Shown here piece after piece: positions 1 to 9,684 of a stretch of DNA of 64,000 nt. Where the stretch lies: contig JAZDCZ010000419.1 of assembly GCA_036679605.1 (NCBI GenBank), positions 64,001 to 128,000 on the forward strand, written 5' to 3'. A model generated the notes under the pieces. That model saw only the letters and a program-made list of their open reading frames with translations, had not been told where the DNA came from and made no database searches. How positions within the stretch are numbered: position 1 is the stretch's first letter; each line of letters opens with the position of its first letter. Position numbers and translations under genes: made by a program. Origin of the DNA: Gemmatimonadota bacterium (GTDB lineage Bacteria; Gemmatimonadota; Gemmatimonadetes; Gemmatimonadales; GWC2-71-9).

Positions 1-732
1 CGACCACTACTCGTCAACACGGTGGATATCAATGCAGGGGCTCAGGTATTCTGGGGCGCCCCTGGCCTCACAGACATCCCCGTCGCCGAGGCTGTAATTG
101 CTTCGTGCGCGCTGCCAGGCTACCTGCCACCGGGTGAAATTCGCGGCCGCTTTTTCATCGATGGAGCGACAGTCTCGAATCTGCCTGTGAGGGTAGCTGC
201 AGCTCGCGGGCGCAACTTGGTCATTGCGGTCGATGTGGGGTCAAACGGTGCAGTTCGAGCCGACCAGCAAGAGGCCGGTTTTGCAACAGTCTACACCCGC
301 GCCATCGAGATCGCGATCCAGACAATGAGATCCTCTGCCCTTCGCCATTGGGGGCAACCGCCGCTCGTAGTACTTGAACCCCGAGTCGAACACATTCCAA
401 TGTTTTCCTTTCGACACACCGAGGAATTACTCAGGCTAGGCTACGAGATCGCCTCCCAAGTTCTTGACGACCCCGACTCTATTCCCGGCCCCAATGACAG
501 CGGAGTATTCCCGCGGAGACGATTCGTGGTGGACGTGGATCGCGAGCGCTGCATAGGCTGTGGCGGGTGCCTCGTCCACGCACCGGCAGGCATGTTTTTT
601 ATCGATGGGGAGGGCAAGGCGGTAGTAACCCAACGAGAACAAGTTTGGTCACCCATCGACGGTGATTTTCTTCAACATTGTCCTACATACGCTATCGTAG
701 CACGCCGCTTACCCGAGGACGGGGGCAGTTGA
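1..732 (+). CDS. Patatin-like phospholipase with C-terminal ferredoxin domain (5' truncated by window edge)
   Basis: Frame open from base 1. Patatin motifs ASCALPG and FIDGA; C-terminal CIGCGGC...CP single-cluster ferredoxin motif. Confidence 0.8.
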   Translation, partial: RPLLVNTVDINAGAQVFWGAPGLTDIPVAEAVIASCALPGYLPPGEIRGRFFIDGATVSNLPVRVAAARGRNLVIAVDVGSNGAVRADQQEAGFATVYTRAIEIAIQTMRSSALRHWGQPPLVVLEPRVEHIPMFSFRHTEELLRLGYEIASQVLDDPDSIPGPNDSGVFPRRRFVVDVDRERCIGCGGCLVHAPAGMFFIDGEGKAVVTQREQVWSPIDGDFLQHCPTYAIVARRLPEDGGS

Positions 733-746
733 TTTGAAAGCCGAAG

Positions 747-2564
747 TCACCGCCCACCTCCCACTAGCTCGAGAGAATGGAGCCTTTGATACAGCCCACC
801 CGCCGCCGCCAGTTCATCGTGACGACCCCGCTCAACCAGTCGGCCGCCATCTAGGACGACTATCTGGTCAGCCCGAACAACGGTTGATAGCCGATGAGCG
901 ATCACTAGTACGGTTCTGTTTTCTAGCAGGCGTGCGATGGCTCCTTGAACGAGGCGTTCCGCTACAGTGTCCAGCGCCGATGTAGCTTCATCCAGTATCA
1001 AGATGGGTGGATCTCGCAGCAATGCACGCGCAATCGATATCCTCTGCCTTTCCCCACCTGACAACCGCATGCCTCTCTCACCGAGGATCGTATCGTAGCC
1101 CTGTGGCAGTCGCTCGATGAACTGATGCGCATTCGCTGCTGCTGCTGCTGCCCGCACGGCCTCATCCGAGGCATCCTCCTGATCTCCGTAGGCTATGTTG
1201 GCTCTTACCGAGTCGTTGAAGATGACGGTGTGTTGGCTCACAATCCCCATCGCACGCCGCAGGGACCGTCGACTGTACTTCGAAACTGAAACGCCGTCGA
1301 TGAGCACGTCGCCGCGCGCTGCATCCATGAAGCGCGGCAAGAGATCTACCAATGTAGATTTCCCCGCACCCGATGGGCCTACTATCGCCACCACTTGTCC
1401 AGCCCGAACCCGCATGTTCACGTCCTGCAGTACCCACGCGCCCGGATCGTAGGCTGCCCAGACATTGACAAGAGTTATCTCGTGCTGCAGGCCCGGGAAC
1501 GCCGTCGCCCCCGGCTGATCCACATCGCCGGCTTCTTGGTCCATGATCTCGAAAACTCGGTCGGCCGCAACAAGCGACATCTCCGCGTTCGCTGGAAACT
1601 GAGAGAGCGCCTTGACCGGCGGTAGCAGCCTCAACGTGATCCCCATAAAGACAATAAAAAGTTCCGGACGCATCCCTGTCCCCGCGACCGTGCCACCCAA
1701 CACTCCGGCCATGAGAAGCAGCAGAACCACCCCAGCTCCCATGGTCTCGCTGACGGGGTGAGCAAGCACCGCAAAGCGTCGAGCCGTCACAAGCCCTCTG
1801 AAATACCTCGTTGCAACACCCTCAAACCTGCGTCGCTCATATGCTTCGGCCCCGTGCGCCTTCATCAATCGTGCACCTTCTATCGTCTCGCTCACCACTG
1901 CGGTTAGTTCTCCTCGATCCTCGAGCGCTTGCTTCATCCGCTCACGAATCCTATGCAGGATCGGCCGCATGGTGAGAGCTATGGCCGGTGCAATCAACAA
2001 CGTAAGTAGAGCTAGGCGCCAGGACAGGAGTATTAGTATTGCGAGGTATACCGAGACCAAGATCGCATTTTGGACTGCTGACACTAGGGTCGCACCTACT
2101 AGCTGTCGGACCTGATCGATGTCGGCGACTATGCGGCTCACGAGCTGCCCGCCCTTGACCTTCTGAAAAAATCCCAGTTCGAATTTTTGTACGTGTGAGT
2201 AGAACGCCATTCGCAGATCTTTTGCAATGCCTTCTTGGACGTACGCCCCGAGCGATCCGCCTGCGTAGGCTGCCAGGTTTTTCACGGCTACCGTCCCCAG
2301 AATAATCAACACGACGTTTCGTAAGGCGGTGCTTGGGTCGCCTTGGAGTGCAAAACCCACAAGGTCGTTGAGAACCCGTTCGACAACCGTTGGAGTTTCC
2401 GTCACGAGGGAATCTGTGTTTCCAAAAAGCAGGCTGAGAAATGGGATGAGGAGCGTGAACATGAATCCATCGAGAGTCGACGCTATCACCGCCGCGATAA
2501 AGCTTGCGATCAACGTGCCGGTGTATGGTCGTGCGAACTCAAACAGTCGGTACAGACGATGCAA
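747..2564 (-). CDS. ABC transporter permease/ATPase, MsbA-like exporter
   Basis: N-terminal TM domain; Walker A GPSGAGKS, signature LSGGERQR, ILILDEATSALD, IAHRLST. Confidence 0.9.
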   Translation of the reverse strand: MHRLYRLFEFARPYTGTLIASFIAAVIASTLDGFMFTLLIPFLSLLFGNTDSLVTETPTVVERVLNDLVGFALQGDPSTALRNVVLIILGTVAVKNLAAYAGGSLGAYVQEGIAKDLRMAFYSHVQKFELGFFQKVKGGQLVSRIVADIDQVRQLVGATLVSAVQNAILVSVYLAILILLSWRLALLTLLIAPAIALTMRPILHRIRERMKQALEDRGELTAVVSETIEGARLMKAHGAEAYERRRFEGVATRYFRGLVTARRFAVLAHPVSETMGAGVVLLLLMAGVLGGTVAGTGMRPELFIVFMGITLRLLPPVKALSQFPANAEMSLVAADRVFEIMDQEAGDVDQPGATAFPGLQHEITLVNVWAAYDPGAWVLQDVNMRVRAGQVVAIVGPSGAGKSTLVDLLPRFMDAARGDVLIDGVSVSKYSRRSLRRAMGIVSQHTVIFNDSVRANIAYGDQEDASDEAVRAAAAAANAHQFIERLPQGYDTILGERGMRLSGGERQRISIARALLRDPPILILDEATSALDTVAERLVQGAIARLLENRTVLVIAHRLSTVVRADQIVVLDGGRLVERGRHDELAAAGGLYQRLHSLELVGGGR

Positions 2565-4133
2565 CTAGGAGGATCTCCGGGGAGTCAGTAATGAGATCGG
2601 CAAGATCATCTCCTCGGGAGTCGCTCCTCCATGCATGAACGAGCCTCTATAGCGCGCTTGGTACTCTCGAAGTTTCGTAGGATACACAAAGAAGTGATCA
2701 CTCGTGGCCATGAGCGCCCTTACGGCAATGCCCCGGTCAGGGAGTCCCCAACTGGGCAAATCTGTAACCAAGATACCTGCCGATGGGTCATCTGCCCTTA
2801 GATCCGCCCCGAACTTGTAACGCAGGTTCGCCGTCGTGTCTCGCTTGGCAAAAACCGTTGCCGGCGAGTTGCAATGGATCGAACCGTGGTCCGTTGTAAT
2901 CAACACAGGTACGCCTCTACGTTCTGCCTCCTTGAGCGCACGCTGCAACGCGGAATCTCTGAACCAAGTCTGGGTTAGGTTCCGGAGGGCGCTTGTATCC
3001 CTCGCCACTTCGTACAGTATCGCATTCTCTGAACGTCCATGCGTTAACTGGTCTACGAAGTTAAACACAAGCGCCGTTACTCCCTTTTGCGACAAGTATG
3101 CGGGGAGCCGCTTTAGCAACGTTTCACCCTCCGATGCCGTCGTCAGTTTCTCGTAACGAACTGGAACTGGATCGCCGAGTAGCTCTTTCAGTTGCTCTTT
3201 CAACAATTCCGCCTCGTGGGCATTCAGACTTTCGTCATCGCGTGCCCCCCACCACTCGGGGTGACGGGCAGCTATCTCTACAGGGAATAGGCCACTGAAG
3301 ATGGCGTTTCGAGCATACGGCGTGGCGGTCGGGAGAATCCCAAAATAATGAGACTCCTCTATATCGAACAGCTCCGTCACGTAAGGGATCAGTGACTGCC
3401 ATTGATCGAGGCGAAGACAGTCGACCACCACAAATAAGACCTTGCCGTATTCTTCCAGCAAAGGAGTGAGAAACTCGCTACATACATCCACGGATAACGG
3501 TGGGCGATCCCCCTCCGAGTTCGCTAACCAACGGGGGTAGTGAGTCTTGATGAACTCGGCAAAATCCCGGTGTAGGCTCGACTGAAACGCACTAAGAGCG
3601 TCCTTTAGACCGGTCTCTTCCGTCAATGACAGACGCACCTCCCACTCGGCGACCTGGACAACCAATTCGATCCATTCCCGCCAACCGAGTTTTGAACTCC
3701 TGCGCGACTCCATATCACGAAAATGTGCTACGAAATCCTTAGCAAGGCGTTGTTGCCGTATTCGGTCACCTTCCAACAACCGAGTGACTACGCTCAACAC
3801 CTGCCGCGGATTGACGGGCTTCACCAAGTAGTCCTGCAGCTCTATCCCAATCGCCTCCCGCATCGTCCCAGCTTCTTCACTCTTGGTCACCATCACAACC
3901 GGGACCGCCGGGTCGATTGATCTGATTTCACCAACCAGTTCGAGGCCCCTGCGACCGGGAAGTTGTTCGTCGAGCAGCACGACCCCATACGCCTGCCGCT
4001 GCAACAGGGCAATTGCGTCATCCCCATGCGCCGCCTGCTCGACCTCAAATCCATGCTCATTCAGGAAAAGAATGTGCGCACCGAGCGACTCGAACTCGTC
4101 ATCTACCCACAGAATCGTCTTAGCCCTCGCCAT
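2565..4133 (-). CDS. PorX-like response regulator (REC + PglZ/alkaline-phosphatase-superfamily domain)
   Basis: REC (WVDDE, LLDEQLP, VMVTKSEE, YLVKP) followed by VVDCLRLDQW, LPTATPYARNAIFSG, ITTDHG and FMHGG PglZ motifs. Confidence 0.85.
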   Translation of the reverse strand: MARAKTILWVDDEFESLGAHILFLNEHGFEVEQAAHGDDAIALLQRQAYGVVLLDEQLPGRRGLELVGEIRSIDPAVPVVMVTKSEEAGTMREAIGIELQDYLVKPVNPRQVLSVVTRLLEGDRIRQQRLAKDFVAHFRDMESRRSSKLGWREWIELVVQVAEWEVRLSLTEETGLKDALSAFQSSLHRDFAEFIKTHYPRWLANSEGDRPPLSVDVCSEFLTPLLEEYGKVLFVVVDCLRLDQWQSLIPYVTELFDIEESHYFGILPTATPYARNAIFSGLFPVEIAARHPEWWGARDDESLNAHEAELLKEQLKELLGDPVPVRYEKLTTASEGETLLKRLPAYLSQKGVTALVFNFVDQLTHGRSENAILYEVARDTSALRNLTQTWFRDSALQRALKEAERRGVPVLITTDHGSIHCNSPATVFAKRDTTANLRYKFGADLRADDPSAGILVTDLPSWGLPDRGIAVRALMATSDHFFVYPTKLREYQARYRGSFMHGGATPEEMILPISLLTPRRSS

Positions 4134-4140
4134 AGACTCA

Positions 4141-4169
4141 AACTTACCGCTGCGGCCCTAGCCTCTCAA
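4141..4169 (-). promoter_or_regulatory. Sigma70-type promoter giving a probable leaderless porX-like mRNA
   Basis: Minus strand reads TTGAGA-17nt-TAAGTT-7nt-ATG(4133); no SD. Confidence 0.6.
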
Positions 4170-4270
4170 TGCTACCCTGGCGACTCCAAGGATATCATTC
4201 TAAATTTATAGGGAGCACCAGCCGATCAAACAGGCAACCACGTGACGCAGTGATTCGAGGTCGCAGCACC

Positions 4271-4666
4271 GTGAACGACGCCTTGGCAGCCACTGAGAAC
4301 CGCATTATCGAGCGTTTCCGAGATTCTGTGCGCGGCCCGAAAAGAAACGGCCTGTTTGCGCTCTGGTTGCTCATGCGTACGTGTGACGGCGTACTCCCAC
4401 CTTCTCCTCTTACGCAACGTAGTCACCGGCGACGACTAGAGTCTTTGAAGAGCAGACTCAGCAGCCTATCGTTACAGCCGCCCCTTCGCAAAGCATTGAC
4501 CCACGGCATTGACCAGTTGAGGGACGGAACTGCCGATGCCGCGGCGAGAACGATTGGAAGTCTGGTCGAACCCGTACGCGAAACTCTCGGGGCCGACGCC
4601 GGCCAATCCATCGCCATGGCCTTGTTGGCGGCAGAGTCGTGGTGCCAAAGCACCGATCAGTCATGA
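4271..4666 (+). CDS. Hypothetical helical protein (~131 aa)
   Basis: GTG start after GAGG; stop overlaps the next start (ATGA). Confidence 0.6.
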   Translation: MNDALAATENRIIERFRDSVRGPKRNGLFALWLLMRTCDGVLPPSPLTQRSHRRRLESLKSRLSSLSLQPPLRKALTHGIDQLRDGTADAAARTIGSLVEPVRETLGADAGQSIAMALLAAESWCQSTDQS

Positions 4667-5526
4667 GCGCCCCCCACCGCTTGCGCCGAGATTCGCTGAC
4701 GACTCTCGTCCATCAGATGGATCAACTAGACGACGGGGATACGCCTCACGACACCGTCGCGACAGGATTCGCTTCCTTGGATAAAGCACTGGGAGGAGGA
4801 TTCAGACAGAAGGATTTGGTCGTCCTAGGTGGCGACGTTGGCGCGGGCAAATCGGCGCTGGCGATCGCGGTAGCTCTACGCGTTTCAGCCTCTGGCAAGC
4901 CCGTCGTGTTCCTCTCTGGAGAGATGGACGAGGATAGAATCTTCGAACGGGCTCTCGCGATCGAGGGTCGCGCAACGGTCGACGACATCCGGGCCGCTCA
5001 GCTGGCTCCGGCGACACGGTCGAGCGTGGGCGCCGCCGCGCTGCGGCTCCGTGACTTGCCGCTCAAAATCTACCCCCTAATAGGCACTTCGTTTGACGAC
5101 GTGATCAAAACCGCCTGCGAGACCGAGCCGGCGCTCCTGGTCATCGACTACTTGCAGCTCCTCAGCACTCCCGAACCGCGATCCACGCAGAGTGAGGATT
5201 CCGCGGCATGCATAAAAGCTCTCAAGGCGCTCGCGCTGGCCAGAAAGATTGCCTGCCTCACTGTTGCCCAACTACCTAGACACTCCACAGATCGAGCGGA
5301 TCGCCGACCCACGCTGGACGATTTCGGCGCCCTGGGCTCTATCAAGCAGCATGCGGATGTAGTGCTGGGCATCTATCGGGAAGAGATGTATCAGGCGGGA
5401 GCAGGCGTAGAGGGCGCCACTGAGCTGATTATCGCCAAGAATCGCAACGGACCAACCGGCTTCGTTGATCTGTATTTCTATCAGAAGTACATGCGTTTCG
5501 AAGACATGCTAGACCCGAGCAACTGA
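4663..5526 (+). CDS. DnaB-like helicase, C-terminal RecA domain only
   Basis: TGFASLDKALGG, GGDVGAGKS, FLSGEM, IDYLQL, AQLPR, IIAKNRNGPTG; no DnaB N-terminal domain. Confidence 0.8.
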   Translation: MSAPHRLRRDSLTTLVHQMDQLDDGDTPHDTVATGFASLDKALGGGFRQKDLVVLGGDVGAGKSALAIAVALRVSASGKPVVFLSGEMDEDRIFERALAIEGRATVDDIRAAQLAPATRSSVGAAALRLRDLPLKIYPLIGTSFDDVIKTACETEPALLVIDYLQLLSTPEPRSTQSEDSAACIKALKALALARKIACLTVAQLPRHSTDRADRRPTLDDFGALGSIKQHADVVLGIYREEMYQAGAGVEGATELIIAKNRNGPTGFVDLYFYQKYMRFEDMLDPSN

Positions 5527-5628
5527 TACTCTCCGCGTTGTCCCTCTCGGCTGAGCCTCGGTATATTGCAGCGTTGTCTAGGAGTTGCAAATCCCACGAA
5601 ATGTCGACACCGCTCCTGCGGAGGCTTG

Positions 5629-6378
5629 ATGGCCGGCCACAGTAAATGGAAGCAAATCAAACACAAGAAGGCCGCTCTGGACGCCAAGCGGGGAGCAAAG
5701 TTCACCAAACTCATCAAGGAAATCACGGTGGCGGCCCGCCAGGGCGGAGGCGATCCCGATGGCAATGCCCGGTTGCGAACCGCCATAGAACTCGCAAAGG
5801 CAGGCAACATGCCCGCAGGAAATATCGAGCGGGCAATAAAGAAGGGGACCGGTGAACTCGATGGCGTCGTCTACGAAGAAGCCACCTACGAAGGATACGG
5901 GCCGGGCGGCGCAGCTATTTTGATCCAAGTAACAACTGACAATCTGAACCGTACCGTGGCCGAGATACGCCATGTGTTTTCTCGCGGAGGCGGGAACCTG
6001 GGCGCCCCAAATTCAGTGGCCTGGATGTTCGACAAGAGAGGACAAATCCTGCTGGACTCCAGTCAATATCCTGAGGATGATTTACTCGAGGCCGCACTGG
6101 ACGCCGGCGCCGAAGACTTGAACACTGACGGCGCCTACCAGGTGATCACCACGGATCCCAGCCGACTTCACGCCGTCAACCAGTCTCTGCGTGAACGCGG
6201 GTTTCTGGCAAGCGAGGCCGAAATTGCCCTCATCCCACAGAACTCCGTGACAGTAGAAGGGAAAGAGGCCATTCAGCTCCTGAAACTCATGGACGCACTC
6301 GAGGAGCACGACGACGTCTCGAGGGTCTTCAGCAACTTCGACATCGATCAAGAAACGCTAGCCACGGTTAGCCAATGA
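5629..6378 (+). CDS. yebC: YebC/PmpR family protein
   Basis: MAGHSKWKQIKHKK N-terminus, YEGYGPGG; SD GGAGG; adjacent to ruvC. Confidence 0.95.
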   Translation: MAGHSKWKQIKHKKAALDAKRGAKFTKLIKEITVAARQGGGDPDGNARLRTAIELAKAGNMPAGNIERAIKKGTGELDGVVYEEATYEGYGPGGAAILIQVTTDNLNRTVAEIRHVFSRGGGNLGAPNSVAWMFDKRGQILLDSSQYPEDDLLEAALDAGAEDLNTDGAYQVITTDPSRLHAVNQSLRERGFLASEAEIALIPQNSVTVEGKEAIQLLKLMDALEEHDDVSRVFSNFDIDQETLATVSQ

Positions 6379-6863
6379 TTCCTCGGGTGCTAGGCATTGA
6401 CCCTGGCACTGCCGTTACGGGCTACGCCGTCGTAGAGCCGACCGACCGAAGACCAGGACGACTGATCGAATGCGGAGTCATCAGGACCAACAGCCGGGAG
6501 CCGATCTGGCAGCGATTGGAAGCTCTCTACGATGGGGTTACCCTACTTATTGAGCGTCATCGACCATCGACAGTCGCCATAGAAGCAGTCTTCTACGCCA
6601 AGAACGTGAGAACGACGATCTCGTTGAGCCACGCCCGCGGAGTCATGATTCTCGCGGCCGTGAAGGGTGGAGTCGAGATCGCCGAGTTTCCACCCGCCCA
6701 AGTCAAAAAGACGGTCGTCGGAGTCGGTGGCGCAACCAAGGAACAGGTCGGATTCATGGTACAACGCCTTCTGGGCCTGACGAGCGCCCCTTCTCCCAAT
6801 GACGCTGCCGACGCATGCGCCGTAGCTCTGACATATCTACTGAAGTCTCGAGTGCCCGCATGA
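6375..6863 (+). CDS. ruvC: Holliday junction resolvase RuvC
   Basis: VLGIDPG, AIEAVF, DAADACAVA. Confidence 0.95.
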   Translation: MIPRVLGIDPGTAVTGYAVVEPTDRRPGRLIECGVIRTNSREPIWQRLEALYDGVTLLIERHRPSTVAIEAVFYAKNVRTTISLSHARGVMILAAVKGGVEIAEFPPAQVKKTVVGVGGATKEQVGFMVQRLLGLTSAPSPNDAADACAVALTYLLKSRVPA

Positions 6864-7453
6864 TTTCCGCGATCTCCGGCAAACTGATCTCAAAAACTGG
6901 AGACAGGGTAGTGATAGCGACGGCGGGTGGCGTCAGTTACGAAGTGGCCATCCCCCTGGGGGTGCTGGAGCGACTGCCCGACGAGGGTCTTACGATAGAA
7001 CTCAAGACGGTACCCATAGTGAGGGAAGACGGCTGGGCACTATATGGGTTCGACGGCAATGACGAACGTACCGTCTTCCAAAGGCTATTGGGAGTCAATG
7101 GTGTTGGCCCACGTGTGGCCCTGGCGATAGTATCCACCTTAGGCGGCACTCGCGTGGTGCGCGTCCTCCAGGAGGGAGACATCGCTGCTCTTTGCACTGT
7201 CCCAGGCGTCGGCAAGAAGACAGCCGAGCGAATATCTCTGGAACTAAAAGACAAGCTGAAAGACATAGGAACGCAGTCGGAAACCAAGACAGCTAATCTT
7301 CCCGCGGAACAGGCGGTTCGAGCTCTCGTAAACCTTGGATACACCAGCGGCGAGGCGGAAAGGGCAGTGCGATCTGTTTTGTCGCAGAACGGTGCAGACC
7401 AAGTGACCGACCTCATCCGTGGAGCCCTATCACTGATGACCAGAAACAAATGA
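6860..7453 (+). CDS. ruvA: Holliday junction helicase subunit RuvA
   Basis: MISAISGKL start, LYGF, HhH motifs VNGVGPRVA and VPGVGKKTAERI, ALVNLGY. Confidence 0.95.
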   Translation: MISAISGKLISKTGDRVVIATAGGVSYEVAIPLGVLERLPDEGLTIELKTVPIVREDGWALYGFDGNDERTVFQRLLGVNGVGPRVALAIVSTLGGTRVVRVLQEGDIAALCTVPGVGKKTAERISLELKDKLKDIGTQSETKTANLPAEQAVRALVNLGYTSGEAERAVRSVLSQNGADQVTDLIRGALSLMTRNK

Positions 7454-7614
7454 AAACTGCGGAATGGTTATGCACTTCGTGCGGCAGTACCAATCGCAGA
7501 TTGGTGCCGGATGATGTGTCCAAAACGGAAGATCGTTGCGTTAGCTGCCGCAAGCGGCATGTCCTTGAAGAGGACGACCGACCGGTTCGCTGGCGCTCGA
7601 CAGCGAAGTCATGA
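7450..7614 (+). CDS. Small zinc-ribbon protein, 54 aa (below the ORF track cutoff)
   Basis: [58 protein letters not shown] overlaps with both the ruvA stop and the ruvB start. Confidence 0.8.
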   Translation: MKTAEWLCTSCGSTNRRLVPDDVSKTEDRCVSCRKRHVLEEDDRPVRWRSTAKS

Positions 7615-8657
7615 CCCGACCGGAAATCACGACACCTGAGGCGTTGCCGGACGAGTCGTCCACCGAGATGTCACTTCGTCCTTCCCGACTTACGGAGTTC
7701 GTGGGCCAAAGTCACGTCAAGGAGAATCTACAGATCGCGATCGACGCCGCGAAGCAGCGAGGCGACCCACTGGACCACGCGCTCTTCTTTGGCCCACCGG
7801 GACTCGGGAAGACCACTCTCGCGATGCTCGTGGCACGCGAGATGGCGGTCAATATTCGCACCACTAGTGGACCGGTGCTTGAAAAATCTGGAGACCTGGT
7901 CGGCTTGCTCACGACGCTGCAGCGCGGAGACGTTCTCTTCATCGACGAAATCCATAGACTCAGACCCGTGCTTGAGGAATTTCTCTACCCTGCAATGGAG
8001 GACTACAGAGTCGATGTTCGCATCGCCGACGGACCGAATGCACAAACCATCCCGATGGACATCGAGCCGTTTACGCTCATCGGAGCATCCACTCGCTTCG
8101 GAATGCTGACACCCCCCATGCGAGCGCGGTTCGGTCTGGTCGAACGGCTGGGATATTATCCGGTTGACGACCTCTGCACGATTGTCACACGCTCGGCCAA
8201 GATCCTCGATATCGATATCGAACTCGACGGTGCCCAGGAAATCGCCAAGCGAAGCCGCGGTACTCCACGCGTATCGAACCGCCTCTTGCGGCGGGTCCGG
8301 GACTATGCGCAAGTGAGAGCCGACGGACTCATCACAAGCGACGTGGCAAGGGCCGCGCTTCAGCGATTGAACGTAGACGAATACGGCCTCGACGATATGG
8401 ACGGACGGATTCTCAAGGCGATCATCGAGAACTTCGATGGAGGACCCGTCGGCGTAAATACCCTCGCCGTGGCAGTTGGTGAAGACGCGGAAACCATCGA
8501 AGAGGTCTACGAACCATTCCTTATCCAGCAGGGCTTCCTCCAGCGAACACCCCGTGGTCGCATGGCAACTCCGTCCGCCTACCGACATTTTGGCTATCCT
8601 GCACCAGACGCGGGCAGATCTCAAGCAAGCCTCTTCAGCGATGGAGCGAGTGCCTAG
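7611..8657 (+). CDS. ruvB: Holliday junction helicase RuvB
   Basis: [41 protein letters not shown]. Confidence 0.97.
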   Translation: MTRPEITTPEALPDESSTEMSLRPSRLTEFVGQSHVKENLQIAIDAAKQRGDPLDHALFFGPPGLGKTTLAMLVAREMAVNIRTTSGPVLEKSGDLVGLLTTLQRGDVLFIDEIHRLRPVLEEFLYPAMEDYRVDVRIADGPNAQTIPMDIEPFTLIGASTRFGMLTPPMRARFGLVERLGYYPVDDLCTIVTRSAKILDIDIELDGAQEIAKRSRGTPRVSNRLLRRVRDYAQVRADGLITSDVARAALQRLNVDEYGLDDMDGRILKAIIENFDGGPVGVNTLAVAVGEDAETIEEVYEPFLIQQGFLQRTPRGRMATPSAYRHFGYPAPDAGRSQASLFSDGASA

Positions 8658-9684
8658 TCGCTACCTAGCGTCCGACTTCGAGTTCGAGTTCCCAGACGAG
8701 GCCGTTGCTCAACAACCCCTTCCAAACAGGGCCGACAGCCGCCTGCTAATACTTCGGAGGAATTCAGGGAACATCGAACACCGCACTTTTCGTGGGATTG
8801 CCGATCTTCTGAAGCCCGGTGACGTCCTGGTAATCAACGTGAGCCGCGTGATGCCCGCTCGGCTCAAGGGCGTCCGCAGCAACGGAAGAGAAGCCGAAAT
8901 CCTTCTGGTGCACGAAGATTCCGACGGCACTTGGCTGGCAATGGCCCACCCGGGTGGGAAGCTGAAGGCTGGACGTACGGTCCGTTTTGGTGACGATGTC
9001 GTTGCCGAAATCCTGGAGGTTCTCGGAGGCGGCCTCAGGAGAATTCGAATGACCGGTAGTCTGCAGCCGCACGAAATAATGGAGCGATATGGCAGCGTGC
9101 CTCTGCCACCCTACATCCGACGTGAGCCCAACTCGACCGACAAGGAGCGCTACCAGACAGTGTTCGCGCAAGCAACTGGAAGTGTCGCAGCGCCCACCGC
9201 GGGACTCCACTTCACAAAGCAAACTCTTTCAGACCTACGCACAAAACGGGTCGAGATAGCCGAGATCGTGTTGCACGTGGGTCCTGGCACTTTCAAACCC
9301 GTAGCGGTGGACGATCCCGCCGACCACGTAATGCATGCGGAGTGGTACTCAATTTCACCCGAGACAGCGGCATCGGTTACACGCGCCCGGGAGCGTGGAG
9401 GCCGGGTATGGGCAGTGGGATCTACTTCGACTCGCGTGCTGGAAACCGCATGGGACGGTGAAAAGCTATGTGGGGGGTCGGGATGGACCGACCTATTCAT
9501 CTACCCACCCTATAGCTTCAAGGCGGTGGACGCTATGCTCACCAACTTTCATCTGCCGCGCTCGACACTCCTCATGTTGGTTGCCGCGTTCGCCGGCTAC
9601 GATCATACCATGCGGGCGTACCAACAGGCTGTGGCATCGAGATATCGTCTGTACAGCTACGGCGATGCAATGGCGATCGTTTGA
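8641..9684 (+). CDS. queA: S-adenosylmethionine:tRNA ribosyltransferase-isomerase
   Basis: [47 protein letters not shown]. Start may be 8650. Confidence 0.95.
   Translation: MERVPSRYLASDFEFEFPDEAVAQQPLPNRADSRLLILRRNSGNIEHRTFRGIADLLKPGDVLVINVSRVMPARLKGVRSNGREAEILLVHEDSDGTWLAMAHPGGKLKAGRTVRFGDDVVAEILEVLGGGLRRIRMTGSLQPHEIMERYGSVPLPPYIRREPNSTDKERYQTVFAQATGSVAAPTAGLHFTKQTLSDLRTKRVEIAEIVLHVGPGTFKPVAVDDPADHVMHAEWYSISPETAASVTRARERGGRVWAVGSTSTRVLETAWDGEKLCGGSGWTDLFIYPPYSFKAVDAMLTNFHLPRSTLLMLVAAFAGYDHTMRAYQQAVASRYRLYSYGDAMAIV

Noticed and set aside
7728..8624. Long antisense ORFs (e.g. opposite ruvB, tgt/yajC, fdh)
   Set aside because: Shadow frames of well-supported genes, with no motifs of their own.
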